From the NCBI RefSeq assembly GCF_055900595.2, contig NZ_CM148325.1: a stretch of DNA of 64,000 bases, one strand, 5' to 3'. Of the stretch, positions 22,620 through 36,839 are shown one piece after another. The translations under genes were made by a program, and so were the position numbers. The number at the start of each line of letters is the position of its first letter. Position 1 is the stretch's first letter. Under the pieces are notes generated by a model. That model did not search any database, was not told the origin of the DNA, and was given only the letters and a program-made list of their open reading frames with translations.

Positions 22620-23045
22620 ATGGAGATACGCGTATTTCGCCAGGAAGATTTCGAAGAGGTCATCACCCTTTGGGAGCGTTGCGACTTGCTGCGTCCGTGG
22701 AACGATCCGGAAATGGACATCGAGCGTAAGATGAACCATGACGTCAGTTTGTTTCTGGTCGCTGAGGTAAACGGTGAAGTGGTCGGAACGGTGATGGGCG
22801 GTTATGACGGGCATCGCGGGTCTGCTTATTATCTTGGCGTGCATCCAGAGTTTCGTGGGCGTGGGATTGCTAATGCGTTGCTTAATCGGTTGGAGAAAAA
22901 GCTGATTGCTCGCGGCTGCCCGAAAATTCAGATCAACGTGCCGGAAGATAACGACATGGTGCTCGGAATGTATGAACGCCTGGGATATGAACACGCCGAC
23001 GTGCTGAGTCTGGGTAAGCGTTTGATTGAAGATGAAGAGTACTGA
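22620..23045 (+). CDS. ypeA: GNAT-family acetyltransferase
   Basis: Internal ATG of ORF 22509-23045; product [27 protein letters not shown]... (141 aa). Confidence 0.88.
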
Positions 23046-23481
23046 GTTTCATCCTGTCCATTATGATGCGCACGGTCGCCTGCGTTTACCCTTGCTCTTC
23101 TGGCTTGTGCTATTGCTTCAGGCGCGAACCTGGGTGCTGTTTGTCATTGCCGGTGCGTCGCGCGAGCAGGGTACTGCGCTGCTAAATCTGTTTTATCCCG
23201 ATCACGATAATTTCTGGCTGGGGTTGATTCCCGGTATTCCGGCGGTGCTGGCGTTTTTGTTGAGTGGTCGGCGGGCTTCATTTCCCCGTATCTGGCATGT
23301 GCTCTATTTTCTGTTGCTGTTGGCGCAGGTGGTTTTACTTTGCTGGCAACCGTGGCTGTGGCTGAACGGTGAATCCGTTAGCGGTATCGGTCTGGCGCTG
23401 GTGGTGGCGGATATTGTGGTGTTAATCTGGCTGCTGACCAATCGACGTTTACGCGCTTGTTTTAATGAAGAAAAAGAATAA
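23026..23481 (+). CDS. yfeZ: inner membrane protein YfeZ
   Basis: 151-aa hydrophobic ORF overlapping ypeA 3' end; start may be 6 nt downstream. Confidence 0.85.
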
Positions 23482-23541
23482 CGGCACTTTTTGGTGAATT
23501 TGCACTCCAAGCAACGTTATTGAATAACCAAAGGAAGTGAC

Positions 23542-24117
23542 ATGAAATCGCTGCGTTTAATGTTATGCGCTATGCCGTTGATGCTGACCGGCTGTTCCAC
23601 GATGTCGTCAGTTAACTGGTCTGCCGCTAACCCGTGGAACTGGTTTGGGTCGTCCACCAAAGTGAGCGAGCAGGGCGTTGGTGAATTAACGGCGTCCACA
23701 CCACTGCAAGAACAAGCCATTGCCGATGCGCTTGATGGCGATTATCGCCTGCGCAGCGGAATGAAAACCGCGAACGGCAACGTGGTGCGCTTTTTTGAAG
23801 TGATGAAAGGCGACAACGTGGCGATGGTAATTAACGGCGATCAGGGCACGATCAGCCGCATTGATGTGCTGGATAGCGATATTCCTGCTGACACCGGTGT
23901 TAAAATCGGTACACCGTTTAGCGACCTTTACAGCAAAGCATTTGGCAATTGCCAAAAAGCTGATGGTGATGATAATCGTGCCGTCGAATGTAAAGCCGAA
24001 GGCAGTCAACATATTAGCTACCAGTTCAGCGGGGAATGGAGTGGTCCTGAAGGGTTAATGCCTTCGGACGATACCCTGAAAAACTGGAAAGTCAGTAAAA
24101 TTATCTGGCGGCGTTAA
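23542..24117 (+). CDS. yfeY: lipoprotein YfeY
   Basis: 191-aa ORF with lipobox LMLTGC. Confidence 0.88.
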   Translation: MKSLRLMLCAMPLMLTGCSTMSSVNWSAANPWNWFGSSTKVSEQGVGELTASTPLQEQAIADALDGDYRLRSGMKTANGNVVRFFEVMKGDNVAMVINGDQGTISRIDVLDSDIPADTGVKIGTPFSDLYSKAFGNCQKADGDDNRAVECKAEGSQHISYQFSGEWSGPEGLMPSDDTLKNWKVSKIIWRR

Positions 24118-24128
24118 TTTGCGTCTGA

Positions 24129-25112
<984 letters not shown>

Positions 25113-25133
25113 GCGCTTCTGATTCGATGATTA

Positions 25134-25170
25134 AAGGCCAGCCAGTATCACAACTGACTGGCCTTTTTAT
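25134..25170. terminator. bidirectional rho-independent terminator between convergent yfeX and yfeW
   Basis: Hairpin ggccag...ctggcc followed by a T-run; located between the convergent stops. Confidence 0.6.
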
Positions 25171-26471
25171 TACTGCTTTAACGCCGCATACACCTGATCC
25201 ACCACCCAACCATAAGTTGCAATCGGTAACTGACCGCTTTCGAACATATTGGGATTTTTTTGTGGATCGGCAACTGGCGAATGTGGCTTGTTGCTTAACA
25301 TCACAATCGCCATATGATTGATAGGATCGATAACGGTCACCGTCCCGGTCCAGCCCGTGTGACCGTAGGTTTGCGGGCTTGCCAGCGTACCAAACGTCGG
25401 CGTCATGGTGGCATTACCATTCACGCGCCAGCCGAGGCCAAAAGTGGCGTCTTCCTTTGAGCTGGTGGTGAACATCTTAACCGTTTCCGCACTGAACAGC
25501 GTCACATCACCATAGCCGCCGCCGTTCAGCATCGTTTGCATTAACACCGCAATATCACCGGTATTGGAAAACAAACCTGCGTGCCCGGAAACGCCGCCCA
25601 TCGAATAGAATGCTTTTTCATCGTGCACCTGACCCCAGAGAGTGGAGGTGCGGATATTCGGGAAGTGAATCACGCCATCGCGGGTATTGCCGTTCAGTTC
25701 CGTGGCGGCAATTTGCTGTGGTTTAAAGCCTTTCAGCAGCGGATTAAACACCGTATGCGTCAGGCCGAGCGGGCGATAAATCGACTCTTCAACATAGCGG
25801 TCAAGCGGCTGACCAGTAACTGACTCGACGATAAATCCAAGCAGCATATAATCGACATCGCTGTAGATATGTTTGCTGCCGGGCTGATATTCCAGCGGCG
25901 TGCGCTTGATCATTTCCAGCGTCTGGCCTTTATCCTGGGAATATAACGCGCCCGCGACGGCTTTATTTGGGTATTGCGGGTCCGCCGGGAAACCGCCGCT
26001 GTGATGCAGCAGATCAGAAATCCGCAGCGTGTTTTTGCCTTTGATGGTGTCATTTGGACTGTCGGCAAATCCCGGAATATATTTCGCAATCAGATCGTCA
26101 GGATGTAGTTTGCCTTCGCTCATTAGCTTTTGTAGGGCGAAGTTAGTGGCGTACATTTTTGTGTTTGAGGCCAGGTCATACAGCGTCTCGGTGGTTGCTT
26201 TTACTGGCTGCTTCATTAACACGCTGCCATCGTACTTTTTCGCCGCGCCCCAGGCTTTGCGATACACAATCTGATTATCTTTTATAATCAGCAGGTTTAC
26301 GCCGGGATAACCATCATCAACTTGCTGGCTTATCCAGCGATCCATCTGGTTAAGCCGTTCCACATTGAACCCTGCTTTCTCTGGCGAACTTTCTGTCAGA
26401 ACAGGGTATTTTGCGGCGCTGACGCTACAGCTGACAGCCAGCAGAGAAAAATAGAGCATTGTCCGTTTCAT
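25170..26471 (-). CDS. yfeW: penicillin-binding protein 4B (class C beta-lactamase-like)
   Basis: 433-aa ORF with signal peptide and SxxK motif (ASNTK); K-12 synteny next to murP. Confidence 0.9.
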   Translation of the reverse strand: MKRTMLYFSLLAVSCSVSAAKYPVLTESSPEKAGFNVERLNQMDRWISQQVDDGYPGVNLLIIKDNQIVYRKAWGAAKKYDGSVLMKQPVKATTETLYDLASNTKMYATNFALQKLMSEGKLHPDDLIAKYIPGFADSPNDTIKGKNTLRISDLLHHSGGFPADPQYPNKAVAGALYSQDKGQTLEMIKRTPLEYQPGSKHIYSDVDYMLLGFIVESVTGQPLDRYVEESIYRPLGLTHTVFNPLLKGFKPQQIAATELNGNTRDGVIHFPNIRTSTLWGQVHDEKAFYSMGGVSGHAGLFSNTGDIAVLMQTMLNGGGYGDVTLFSAETVKMFTTSSKEDATFGLGWRVNGNATMTPTFGTLASPQTYGHTGWTGTVTVIDPINHMAIVMLSNKPHSPVADPQKNPNMFESGQLPIATYGWVVDQVYAALKQ

Positions 26472-26473
26472 AA

Positions 26474-27898
<1,425 letters not shown>

Positions 27899-27901
27899 GG
27901 G

Positions 27902-28798
27902 TTATTCCTTGTCTAAAACCTGACGAATAAAGCCGCCGTGTTGATCCAGGCGTTTTTTAGCTTCTGCGGCATCGAGATTTTTCAGCACCATCACAATGGC
28001 CGTTTTGCAGTTGCGCTCGCAAGCAATTAACGCCGCTTCCGCTTGTTCGGCGTTACATCCGGTGGCGTTTTTAACGATATTGACCTGGCGCACATGCAAT
28101 TTTTCGTTGGTGGCGACCACATCGACCATCAGGTTGCCAAACACTTTGCCGGATTTAATCATCAGCCCGGTAGAAAGCATATTGAGCACCAGTTTCTGCG
28201 CTGTGCCTGCTTTCATTCGCGAAGAACCGGTAACCACTTCGGCACCAACCACCGGAGTAATAGCAAACTCAGCGGTGGTTGAAACGGCGCTCCCCGGATT
28301 ACAGGAAATGCCCACTGTGCGGCAACCGAGTTGGCGTGCGTATTCCAGCCCGGCAATCACATACGGTGTGCGACCGCTGGCAGCAATACCAACCACCACA
28401 TCCTGTGCGGTTAAGCCGATATTTTTTAGATCGTTAACACCACCTTCCTGGCTATCTTCTGCGCCTTCCACCGCGTGCTGAATGGCATATTCACCGCCAG
28501 CAATCAAACCAACCACCAGGCCCGGTTTGACGCCGTAGGTCGGCGGACATTCGCTGGCATCAAGAATACCCAGACGACCGGAAGTCCCCGCACCGATGTA
28601 AATCAGTCGACCGCCGCCGCTTACCTGGGCGTGGATAACATCGATCGCTGCGGCGATATCCGGCAGTACACGCTCAACGGCAAGTGGTACGGTTTTATCT
28701 TCATCGTTGATAATCCGGCACATTTCCAGCGTTGATACGCGGTCAATTTCAGCCGAAGCGGCATTCGAGCCTTCGGTAATCATCTTTTCAAGTTGCAT
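27902..28798 (-). CDS. murQ: N-acetylmuramic acid 6-phosphate etherase
   Basis: 298-aa SIS-domain ORF; 3 bp upstream of murP. Confidence 0.92.
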   Translation of the reverse strand: MQLEKMITEGSNAASAEIDRVSTLEMCRIINDEDKTVPLAVERVLPDIAAAIDVIHAQVSGGGRLIYIGAGTSGRLGILDASECPPTYGVKPGLVVGLIAGGEYAIQHAVEGAEDSQEGGVNDLKNIGLTAQDVVVGIAASGRTPYVIAGLEYARQLGCRTVGISCNPGSAVSTTAEFAITPVVGAEVVTGSSRMKAGTAQKLVLNMLSTGLMIKSGKVFGNLMVDVVATNEKLHVRQVNIVKNATGCNAEQAEAALIACERNCKTAIVMVLKNLDAAEAKKRLDQHGGFIRQVLDKE

Positions 28799-28961
28799 CG
28801 GTGGTGACCTTACTATTTACGATCAAATAATTGCAGATGGATGGAATCATATATCCCGAATTGACAGACTTAAAGGAATCATTGAGTCTACACTCGCAGA
28901 GTGTGAAGAGCGTCATAAGAACTTAAGCGGAATTTTTGCTGCCAGCCCAGGAGAGTGGAAG
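28799..28961. promoter_or_regulatory. divergent murQ / murR promoter-operator region
   Basis: 163-bp intergenic region between divergent starts of murQ and murR; MurR operators expected here from published work, not individually resolved in sequence. Confidence 0.5.
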
Positions 28962-29819
28962 ATGTTGTACCTGACGAAAATACGCAATGCAGAAAGTGAA
29001 TTTACCGAGAACGAGCAAAAAATAGCTGACTTTCTGCAGGCTAAAGTGAGTGAGCTGAAATCCGTCTCTTCGCGCAAGATGGCGAAACAGCTCGGCATCA
29101 GCCAGTCGAGTATTGTGAAGTTTGCCCAGAAGCTCGGCGCGCAAGGATTTACTGAATTGCGTATGGCGTTAATTGGCGAATACAGTGCCAGCCGGGAGAA
29201 AACGAATGCCACGGCGCTGCACTTGCACAGTTCGATTACCAGTGATGATTCGCTGGAAGTGATTGCCCGCAAACTGAATCGCGAAAAAGAGCTGGCACTG
29301 GAGCAAACCTGCGCCTTACTCGATTACGCGCGGCTGCAAAAAATCATTGAGGTCATCAGTAAAGCGCCGTTTATCCAGATAACAGGCCTGGGCGGGTCGG
29401 CGCTGGTGGGGCGCGATCTTTCATTCAAACTGATGAAAATTGGTTATCGCGTGGCCTGTGAAGCCGACACGCACGTACAAGCTACCGTTTCCCAGGCGTT
29501 GAAAAAAGGTGATGTACAAATCGCTATCTCTTACAGCGGCAGTAAAAAAGAGATTTTGCTATGCGCCGAGGCAGCGCGAAAGCAGGGGGCAACGGTGATT
29601 GCCATTACTTCACTGACTGACTCTCCGCTGCGGCGGTTGGCACATTTCACCCTCGATACCGTTTCTGGTGAAACCGAATGGCGTAGCTCGTCGATGTCCA
29701 CCCGCACGGCGCAAAATTCGGTTACCGATTTACTGTTTGTTGGGCTGGTACAACTTAATGATGTCGAGTCATTGAAAATGATTGAGCGCAGCAGTGAGCT
29801 AACACAACGCCTGAAATGA
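28962..29819 (+). CDS. murR: RpiR-family repressor of murQP
   Basis: Internal ATG of track ORF 28707-29819; product [25 protein letters not shown]... (285 aa), HTH plus SIS domain. Confidence 0.9.
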   Translation: MLYLTKIRNAESEFTENEQKIADFLQAKVSELKSVSSRKMAKQLGISQSSIVKFAQKLGAQGFTELRMALIGEYSASREKTNATALHLHSSITSDDSLEVIARKLNREKELALEQTCALLDYARLQKIIEVISKAPFIQITGLGGSALVGRDLSFKLMKIGYRVACEADTHVQATVSQALKKGDVQIAISYSGSKKEILLCAEAARKQGATVIAITSLTDSPLRRLAHFTLDTVSGETEWRSSSMSTRTAQNSVTDLLFVGLVQLNDVESLKMIERSSELTQRLK

Positions 29820-29947
29820 TGCATAAAGCAGCGACTGGATTGAGATTTTCCTGAATTAGTGAGCTGATCCGCAGCAATATTTTGTTTATCCTGTATTTTC
29901 AGAGGGAATGGAGTGTAACGCTCTGTATTAACAAGGAGAGCATTAAA

Positions 29948-30739
29948 ATGGGTAAACTCACGGGCAAGACAGCACTGATTACGGGCGCATTGCAGGGAAT
30001 TGGCGAAGGAATTGCCAGAACTTTTGCGCGTCATGGCGCAAACCTAATCTTGCTGGATATCTCCCCTGAGATCGAAAAGCTGGCGGACGAACTGTGTGGT
30101 CGTGGTCATCGCTGTATGGCGGTTGTCGCCGATGTGCGTGACCCGGCGTCGGTAGCCGCAGCTATCAAGCGCGCAAAGGAAAAAGAAGGGCGCATTGATA
30201 TCCTGGTGAATAACGCAGGCGTTTGTCGTCTGGGCAGTTTCCTCGATATGAGCGATGAAGATCGCGATTTCCATATTGATATCAATATAAAAGGCGTATG
30301 GAACGTCACGAAGGCGGTGCTGCCGGAGATGATTGCCCGCAAAGATGGTCGCATTGTGATGATGTCTTCGGTCACTGGCGATATGGTGGCCGATCCGGGC
30401 GAAACGGCGTATGCCTTAACGAAAGCGGCGATTGTTGGCCTGACTAAATCGCTGGCGGTGGAGTACGCGCAGTCTGGTATTCGCGTTAACGCCATCTGCC
30501 CTGGATACGTTCGCACGCCAATGGCGGAAAGCATCGCGCGTCAGTCAAACCCGGAGGATCCGGAATCGGTGCTGACTGAAATGGCGAAAGCAATCCCGCT
30601 GCGTCGCCTCGCCGATCCGCTGGAAGTTGGCGAACTGGCGGCCTTCCTCGCATCCGATGAATCCAGCTATTTAACCGGTACACAGAATGTGATTGATGGC
30701 GGCAGCACACTGCCGGAGACGGTTAGCGTCGGCATCTGA
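29948..30739 (+). CDS. ucpA: short-chain dehydrogenase/reductase UcpA
   Basis: Internal ATG of ORF 29882-30739; product MGKLTGKTALITGALQGIGEG... (263 aa), Rossmann TGxxxGIG motif. Confidence 0.9.
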   Translation: MGKLTGKTALITGALQGIGEGIARTFARHGANLILLDISPEIEKLADELCGRGHRCMAVVADVRDPASVAAAIKRAKEKEGRIDILVNNAGVCRLGSFLDMSDEDRDFHIDINIKGVWNVTKAVLPEMIARKDGRIVMMSSVTGDMVADPGETAYALTKAAIVGLTKSLAVEYAQSGIRVNAICPGYVRTPMAESIARQSNPEDPESVLTEMAKAIPLRRLADPLEVGELAAFLASDESSYLTGTQNVIDGGSTLPETVSVGI

Positions 30740-31042
30740 TTCACCTCTGTTTCCTCCCTGTATTTGTGGGGAGGATTTCGTCTTGAACTAAGTTCACCAG
30801 GCTATTTTATTTGTCATTTTGGCCCCGGGCAGTGCTCGAAATCCTCACGTACTATGTGTACGCTCCGGTTTCTCCGCGCTGTTCGTGTCCAAACTGACTG
30901 CAACAATTACGCCTGTTGAACCAAGTTCTTATTCCCTTTTCAACTTCCAAATCACCAAACGGTATATAAAACCGTTACTCCTTTCACGTCCGTTATAAAT
31001 ATGATGACTAATAGAAAGTCATTTAATTAATAAGGGTGCGCA

Positions 31043-32059
31043 ATGGCCGTTAACTTACTGAAAAAGAACTCACTCGCGCTGGTCGCTTCTCTGCTGCTGG
31101 CGGGCCATGTACAGGCAACGGAACTGCTGAACAGTTCTTATGACGTCTCCCGCGAGCTCTTTGCCGCCCTGAATACCCCGTTTGAGCAACAATGGGCGAA
31201 AGATAACGGTGGCGACAAGCTAACGATTAAACAATCTCATGCCGGGTCATCAAAACAGGCGCTGGCGATTTTGCAGGGCTTAAAAGCAGACGTTGTCACT
31301 TATAACCAGGTGACCGACGTGCAGATCCTGCATGATAAAGGCAAGCTGATCCCGGCTGACTGGCAGTCGCGTCTGCCGAATAACAGCTCGCCATTTTACT
31401 CCACCATGGGCTTCCTGGTGCGTAAGGGCAACCCGAAGAATATCCATGACTGGAACGACCTGGTGCGCTCCGACGTGAAGCTGATCTTCCCGAACCCAAA
31501 AACCTCCGGTAACGCGCGTTATACCTATCTGGCGGCATGGGGTGCAGCGGATAAAGCTGACGGTGGCGATAAAGCCAAAACCGAACAGTTTATGACTCAG
31601 TTCCTGAAAAACGTGGAAGTGTTCGATACCGGCGGTCGTGGCGCAACTACCACCTTTGCCGAGCGCGGGCTGGGCGATGTGCTGATTAGCTTCGAATCGG
31701 AAGTGAACAACATCCGCAAGCAGTATGAAGCGCAGGGCTTTGAAGTGGTGATTCCGAAAACCAACATTCTGGCGGAATTCCCGGTAGCGTGGGTCGATAA
31801 AAACGTGCAGGCCAACGGCACGGAAAAAGCGGCAAAAGCTTACCTGAACTGGCTCTACAGCCCACAGGCGCAAACGATCATTACCGACTATTACTACCGC
31901 GTAAACAACCCGGAAGTCATGGACAAACTGAAAGACAAATTCCCGCAGACCGAGCTGTTTCGCGTGGAAGATAAATTTGGCTCCTGGCCGGAAGTGATGA
32001 AAACCCACTTCAACAGCGGCGGCGAGTTAGACAAGCTGTTAGCGGCGGGGCGTAACTAA
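31043..32059 (+). CDS. cysP: thiosulfate/sulfate-binding periplasmic protein
   Basis: 338-aa ORF with signal peptide; first of cysPUWA. Confidence 0.93.
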   Translation: MAVNLLKKNSLALVASLLLAGHVQATELLNSSYDVSRELFAALNTPFEQQWAKDNGGDKLTIKQSHAGSSKQALAILQGLKADVVTYNQVTDVQILHDKGKLIPADWQSRLPNNSSPFYSTMGFLVRKGNPKNIHDWNDLVRSDVKLIFPNPKTSGNARYTYLAAWGAADKADGGDKAKTEQFMTQFLKNVEVFDTGGRGATTTFAERGLGDVLISFESEVNNIRKQYEAQGFEVVIPKTNILAEFPVAWVDKNVQANGTEKAAKAYLNWLYSPQAQTIITDYYYRVNNPEVMDKLKDKFPQTELFRVEDKFGSWPEVMKTHFNSGGELDKLLAAGRN

Positions 32060-32892
32060 TGTTTGCAGTTTCTTCCAGACGCGTGCTGCCGGGCTTTACC
32101 TTAAGCCTCGGCACCAGTCTGCTGTTTGTGTGCCTGATTTTGCTGCTGCCGCTCTCCGCACTGGTGATGCAACTGGCTCAGATGAGCTGGGCGCAGTACT
32201 GGGAGGTGATCACCAACCCGCAGGTGGTCGCGGCCTATAAAGTGACGCTGCTGTCGGCGTTTGTGGCATCGATTTTTAACGGCGTTTTCGGCCTGCTTAT
32301 GGCGTGGATTTTAACCCGCTACCGCTTTCCGGGTCGCACGCTGCTCGATGCGTTGATGGATTTACCCTTTGCGCTGCCGACGGCGGTCGCAGGTTTGACG
32401 CTGGCCTCGCTCTTTTCCGTGAACGGTTTTTACGGCGAGTGGCTGGCGAAATTTGATATCAAAGTCACCTACACCTGGCTTGGTATTGCGGTGGCGATGG
32501 CCTTTACCAGCATTCCGTTTGTGGTGCGAACCGTGCAGCCGGTGCTGGAAGAGTTAGGCCCGGAATATGAAGAAGCGGCAGAAACGCTCGGCGCAACGCG
32601 CTGGCAGAGTTTCTGCAAAGTGGTGCTGCCGGAGCTTTCTCCGGCGCTGGTGGCGGGCGTGGCGCTGTCGTTTACCCGTAGTCTCGGTGAGTTTGGTGCG
32701 GTGATTTTTATCGCCGGGAACATCGCCTGGAAGACGGAAGTGACGTCGCTGATGATTTTTGTTCGCTTACAGGAGTTTGATTACCCGGCGGCGAGCGCAA
32801 TTGCTTCGGTGATCCTCGCGGCATCCCTGCTGCTGCTGTTCTCAATTAACACTCTGCAAAGTCGCTTTGGTCGGCGTGTGGTAGGTCATTAA
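32059..32892 (+). CDS. cysU: sulfate/thiosulfate ABC transporter permease
   Basis: 277-aa permease ORF; start overlaps cysP stop. Confidence 0.93.
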   Translation: MFAVSSRRVLPGFTLSLGTSLLFVCLILLLPLSALVMQLAQMSWAQYWEVITNPQVVAAYKVTLLSAFVASIFNGVFGLLMAWILTRYRFPGRTLLDALMDLPFALPTAVAGLTLASLFSVNGFYGEWLAKFDIKVTYTWLGIAVAMAFTSIPFVVRTVQPVLEELGPEYEEAAETLGATRWQSFCKVVLPELSPALVAGVALSFTRSLGEFGAVIFIAGNIAWKTEVTSLMIFVRLQEFDYPAASAIASVILAASLLLLFSINTLQSRFGRRVVGH

Positions 32893-33767
32893 TGGCGGAA
32901 GTTACCCAATTGAAGCGTTATGACACGCGCCCAATTAACTGGGGCAAATGGTTTCTGATTGGCACCGGAATGCTGGTTTCGGCGTTCATCCTGCTGGTGC
33001 CGATGATTTACATTTTCGTGCAGGCATTCAGCAAAGGGCTGATGCCGGTGTTACAGAATCTGGCCGATCCGGACATGCTGCACGCCATCTGGCTGACGGT
33101 GATGATCGCGCTGATTGCCGTACCGGTAAACCTGGTGTTCGGGATTCTGCTGGCCTGGCTGGTGACGCGCTTTAACTTCCCCGGACGCCAGTTGCTGCTG
33201 ACGCTGCTGGACATTCCGTTTGCCGTGTCGCCGGTGGTTGCCGGTCTGGTCTATCTGCTTTTCTACGGCTCTAACGGCCCGCTCGGCGGCTGGCTGGATG
33301 AACATAATCTGCAAATTATGTTCTCCTGGCCGGGAATGGTGCTGGTCACCATCTTCGTGACCTGTCCGTTTGTGGTGCGCGAGCTGGTGCCGGTGATGTT
33401 AAGCCAGGGCAGCCAGGAAGACGAAGCGGCGATTTTGCTTGGCGCGTCTGGCTGGCAGATGTTCCGCCGCGTCACGCTGCCGAACATCCGCTGGGCTCTG
33501 CTTTATGGCGTGGTGCTGACCAACGCCCGTGCGATTGGCGAGTTTGGCGCGGTGTCGGTGGTTTCCGGCTCGATTCGCGGTGAAACACTTTCGCTGCCGT
33601 TACAGATTGAATTGCTGGAGCAGGACTACAACACCGTCGGCTCCTTTACCGCCGCGGCGCTGTTGACGCTGATGGCGATTATCACCCTGTTTTTAAAGAG
33701 TATGTTGCAGTGGCGCCTGGAGAATCAGGAAAAACGCGCGCAACAGGAGGAACATCATGAGCATTGA
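32892..33767 (+). CDS. cysW: sulfate/thiosulfate ABC transporter permease
   Basis: 291-aa permease ORF; start overlaps cysU stop. Confidence 0.93.
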   Translation: MAEVTQLKRYDTRPINWGKWFLIGTGMLVSAFILLVPMIYIFVQAFSKGLMPVLQNLADPDMLHAIWLTVMIALIAVPVNLVFGILLAWLVTRFNFPGRQLLLTLLDIPFAVSPVVAGLVYLLFYGSNGPLGGWLDEHNLQIMFSWPGMVLVTIFVTCPFVVRELVPVMLSQGSQEDEAAILLGASGWQMFRRVTLPNIRWALLYGVVLTNARAIGEFGAVSVVSGSIRGETLSLPLQIELLEQDYNTVGSFTAAALLTLMAIITLFLKSMLQWRLENQEKRAQQEEHHEH

Positions 33768-34854
33768 GATTGCCAATATTAAGAAGTCGTTTGGTCGCAC
33801 CCAGGTGCTGAACGATATCTCACTGGATATTCCTTCTGGTCAGATGGTCGCATTGCTGGGGCCGTCCGGTTCCGGGAAAACCACGCTGCTGCGGATTATC
33901 GCCGGGCTGGAGCATCAAACCAGCGGGCATATTCGTTTCCACGGCACCGACGTCAGCCGCCTTCACGCGCGCGATCGTAAAGTCGGTTTCGTGTTTCAGC
34001 ATTACGCCCTGTTCCGCCATATGACGGTGTTCGACAATATCGCCTTCGGCCTGACGGTGCTGCCGCGTCGCGAGCGCCCGAATGCCGCAGCCATCAAAGC
34101 GAAAGTGACAAAATTGCTGGAAATGGTGCAGCTTGCGCATCTGGCGGATCGTTATCCGGCCCAGCTTTCCGGCGGCCAGAAACAGCGTGTGGCGCTGGCG
34201 CGGGCGCTGGCTGTCGAACCGCAAATTCTGCTGCTTGATGAACCGTTTGGCGCGCTGGATGCGCAGGTGCGTAAAGAGCTGCGTCGTTGGCTGCGTCAGT
34301 TGCATGAAGAGCTGAAATTCACCAGCGTGTTCGTGACCCACGACCAGGAAGAAGCGATGGAAGTCGCCAACCGCGTGGTGGTCATGAGCCAGGGCAATAT
34401 CGAACAGGCCGATGAACCGGATCAGGTCTGGCGCGAGCCGGCGACCCGTTTTGTGCTGGAGTTTATGGGCGAAGTGAACCGCTTGCAGGGAACGATTCGC
34501 GGTGGGCAGTTCCACGTTGGTGCGCACCGCTGGCCGCTGGGATACACCCCTGCGTATCAGGGGCCGGTGGATCTCTTCCTGCGCCCGTGGGAAGTGGATA
34601 TCAGCCGCCGCACCAGCCTCGATTCGCCGCTGCCGGTGCAGGTGCTGGAAGCCAGCCCGAAAGGTCACTACACCCAATTAGTCGTGCAGCCGCTGGGGTG
34701 GTATGAAGATCCGCTCACCGTGGTAATGCGTGGTGATGATGCGCCGGTGCGCGGCGATCGTTTGTTCGTCGGGCTGCAACATGCGCGGCTGTATAACGGC
34801 GACGAGCGTATTGAAACCCGCGATGAGGAACTTGCTCTCGCACAAAGCGCCTGA
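33757..34854 (+). CDS. cysA: sulfate/thiosulfate ABC transporter ATP-binding protein
   Basis: 365-aa ORF with Walker [10 protein letters not shown] and ABC signature LSGGQKQR. Confidence 0.93.
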   Translation: MSIEIANIKKSFGRTQVLNDISLDIPSGQMVALLGPSGSGKTTLLRIIAGLEHQTSGHIRFHGTDVSRLHARDRKVGFVFQHYALFRHMTVFDNIAFGLTVLPRRERPNAAAIKAKVTKLLEMVQLAHLADRYPAQLSGGQKQRVALARALAVEPQILLLDEPFGALDAQVRKELRRWLRQLHEELKFTSVFVTHDQEEAMEVANRVVVMSQGNIEQADEPDQVWREPATRFVLEFMGEVNRLQGTIRGGQFHVGAHRWPLGYTPAYQGPVDLFLRPWEVDISRRTSLDSPLPVQVLEASPKGHYTQLVVQPLGWYEDPLTVVMRGDDAPVRGDRLFVGLQHARLYNGDERIETRDEELALAQSA

Positions 34855-34875
34855 TAGGTTGAGTGAATGTTAAAC

Positions 34876-34908
34876 GCCCGGAGGCGCTTCCCGCGATCCG
34901 GGCTTTTT
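34876..34908 (+). terminator. rho-independent terminator after cysA
   Basis: Stem gcccgga / tccgggc followed by ttttt, 22 bp after the cysA stop. Confidence 0.6.
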
Positions 34909-34929
34909 AATGGCAAGGTTTTGTAACCT

Positions 34930-34970
34930 GTAGGCCTGATAAGACGCGTAAACGTCGCATCAGGCAACAC
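34930..34970. repeat. REP element
   Basis: gtaggcctgataagacgcg...cgtcgcatcaggca palindromic REP consensus. Confidence 0.7.
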
Positions 34971-34988
34971 CACGTATGGACAGAAATC

Positions 34989-35900
34989 GTGAGTACATTA
35001 GAACAAACAATAGGCAATACGCCTCTGGTGAAATTACAACGAATGGGGCCGGATAACGGCAGTGAAGTGTGGTTAAAGCTGGAAGGCAATAATCCGGCCG
35101 GTTCGGTGAAAGATCGTGCGGCGCTTTCGATGATCGTCGAGGCGGAAAAGCGCGGGGAAATTAAACCGGGTGATGTGTTAATCGAAGCCACCAGTGGTAA
35201 CACCGGGATTGCGCTGGCAATGATCGCTGCGCTAAAAGGCTATCGCATGAAATTGCTGATGCCCGATAACATGAGCCAGGAGCGTCGCGCGGCGATGCGT
35301 GCCTACGGTGCGGAGCTGATTCTGGTCACCAAAGAGCAGGGCATGGAAGGTGCGCGCGATCTGGCGCTGGAGATGGCGAATCGTGGCGAAGGCAAGCTGC
35401 TCGATCAGTTTAATAATCCCGATAATCCTTATGCGCATTACACCACCACCGGGCCGGAAATCTGGCAGCAAACCGGCGGTCGCATTACCCATTTTGTCTC
35501 CAGCATGGGGACGACCGGTACGATTACCGGCGTGTCGCGCTTTATGCGCGAGCAATCCAAACCGGTGGCGATTGTTGGTCTGCAGCCGGAAGAGGGCAGC
35601 AGCATTCCCGGCATTCGTCGCTGGCCTGAGGAATATCTGCCAGGCATCTTCAACGCTTCGCTGGTGGATGAGGTGCTGGATATTCATCAGCGTGATGCGG
35701 AAAACACCATGCGCGAACTGGCAGTGCGGGAAGGGATTTTCTGCGGTGTAAGTTCCGGTGGCGCGGTTGCCGGAGCACTGCGGGTGGCAAAAGCCAACCC
35801 CGGCGCTGTAGTGGTGGCGATCATCTGCGATCGCGGCGATCGCTACCTTTCTACCGGGGTGTTTGGGGAAGAGCACTTTAGTCAGGGGGCGGGGATTTAA
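34989..35900 (+). CDS. cysM: cysteine synthase B (O-acetylserine sulfhydrylase B)
   Basis: 303-aa PLP-enzyme ORF with lysine motif SVKDR. Confidence 0.93.
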   Translation: MSTLEQTIGNTPLVKLQRMGPDNGSEVWLKLEGNNPAGSVKDRAALSMIVEAEKRGEIKPGDVLIEATSGNTGIALAMIAALKGYRMKLLMPDNMSQERRAAMRAYGAELILVTKEQGMEGARDLALEMANRGEGKLLDQFNNPDNPYAHYTTTGPEIWQQTGGRITHFVSSMGTTGTITGVSRFMREQSKPVAIVGLQPEEGSSIPGIRRWPEEYLPGIFNASLVDEVLDIHQRDAENTMRELAVREGIFCGVSSGGAVAGALRVAKANPGAVVVAIICDRGDRYLSTGVFGEEHFSQGAGI

Positions 35901-35937
35901 GGATTAATAGCATTGGAGGCTGATGACAAACGCAAAA

Positions 35938-36038
35938 CTGCCTGATGCGCTACGCTTATCAGGCCTACAAGGTTCCTGTAATATATTGAATTAGCAATAT
36001 TTTGTAGGCCGAATAAGGCGTTTACGCTGCATCTGGCA
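35938..36038. repeat. BIME (two inverted REP units)
   Basis: tgcctgatgcgctacgcttatcaggcctaca and inverted tgtaggccgaataaggcgtttacgctgcatctggca. Confidence 0.7.
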
Positions 36039-36104
36039 TAAACAAAGTGCACTTTGTCAATAATCTGCTTTGTCGGCAGTTGTTGCTGCCGACAAATGCA
36101 GTTT

Positions 36105-36839
36105 TTAATTTTCGTGTGGAAACGTAGTAAGGTCATCAATCATTTTTTGAAGTATTGGTGAGTCCTGACCATCACCCCATTGAAGAATTTTTGCGGTAAG
36201 CTGATGACGGGCTAGTGCATTGAGTCCCATCTTTTTAAGTTTATGGGAGATTTTACCCATGACTTTAATCTGACCGAATGCAGTTGCGTAGGTAATCATA
36301 TTGCTCTGGATAGTGCTCATTTCATCGGCTAGTAATTGCGCACGAATATCCTCTTCAAGAATACTTTCCATAGCGATATATTTCATACCCCAGATAGTTT
36401 CAATTAACATTTGAGGGAAATCAGCACAATCTAGATCCGGCTCTTTACGCAGGCTATTTTCAAGAACGTTTAGAGCATCAGCACCTTCATCGCTGCCAAA
36501 AGGAGATTCTTCATCCCAGCAACACACATAAAGTGGATCAGTAAAATGGCACTGGAAGTTTGGGTGTGACGTTTTAACATGTAACCCAATTTCTTCATCA
36601 TCAAAATAGTAGCGATCCATGTAGTTAAAGTTTGGATCTTCTTGATAGCCTTTCTTCATTTTTGCGGCAATCAATTTACTGGCTTCTTTCAGACACTGTT
36701 CTTCATTATCGAACTCTTTTGTCTGGAATTTACCAATACTACCTACCTTGCCATAGTTGATGGCTAAACTATCCCCTTCGTAATCTATCCACCAAAATTT
36801 ATTCGATTTTTCATCGTTATAAATAAAGCATTTTTTCAT
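36105..36839 (-). CDS. yfeS: WGR-domain protein YfeS
   Basis: 244-aa ORF MKKCFIYNDEKSNKFWWIDYEGDSL...; K-12 synteny. Confidence 0.88.
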   Translation of the reverse strand: MKKCFIYNDEKSNKFWWIDYEGDSLAINYGKVGSIGKFQTKEFDNEEQCLKEASKLIAAKMKKGYQEDPNFNYMDRYYFDDEEIGLHVKTSHPNFQCHFTDPLYVCCWDEESPFGSDEGADALNVLENSLRKEPDLDCADFPQMLIETIWGMKYIAMESILEEDIRAQLLADEMSTIQSNMITYATAFGQIKVMGKISHKLKKMGLNALARHQLTAKILQWGDGQDSPILQKMIDDLTTFPHEN

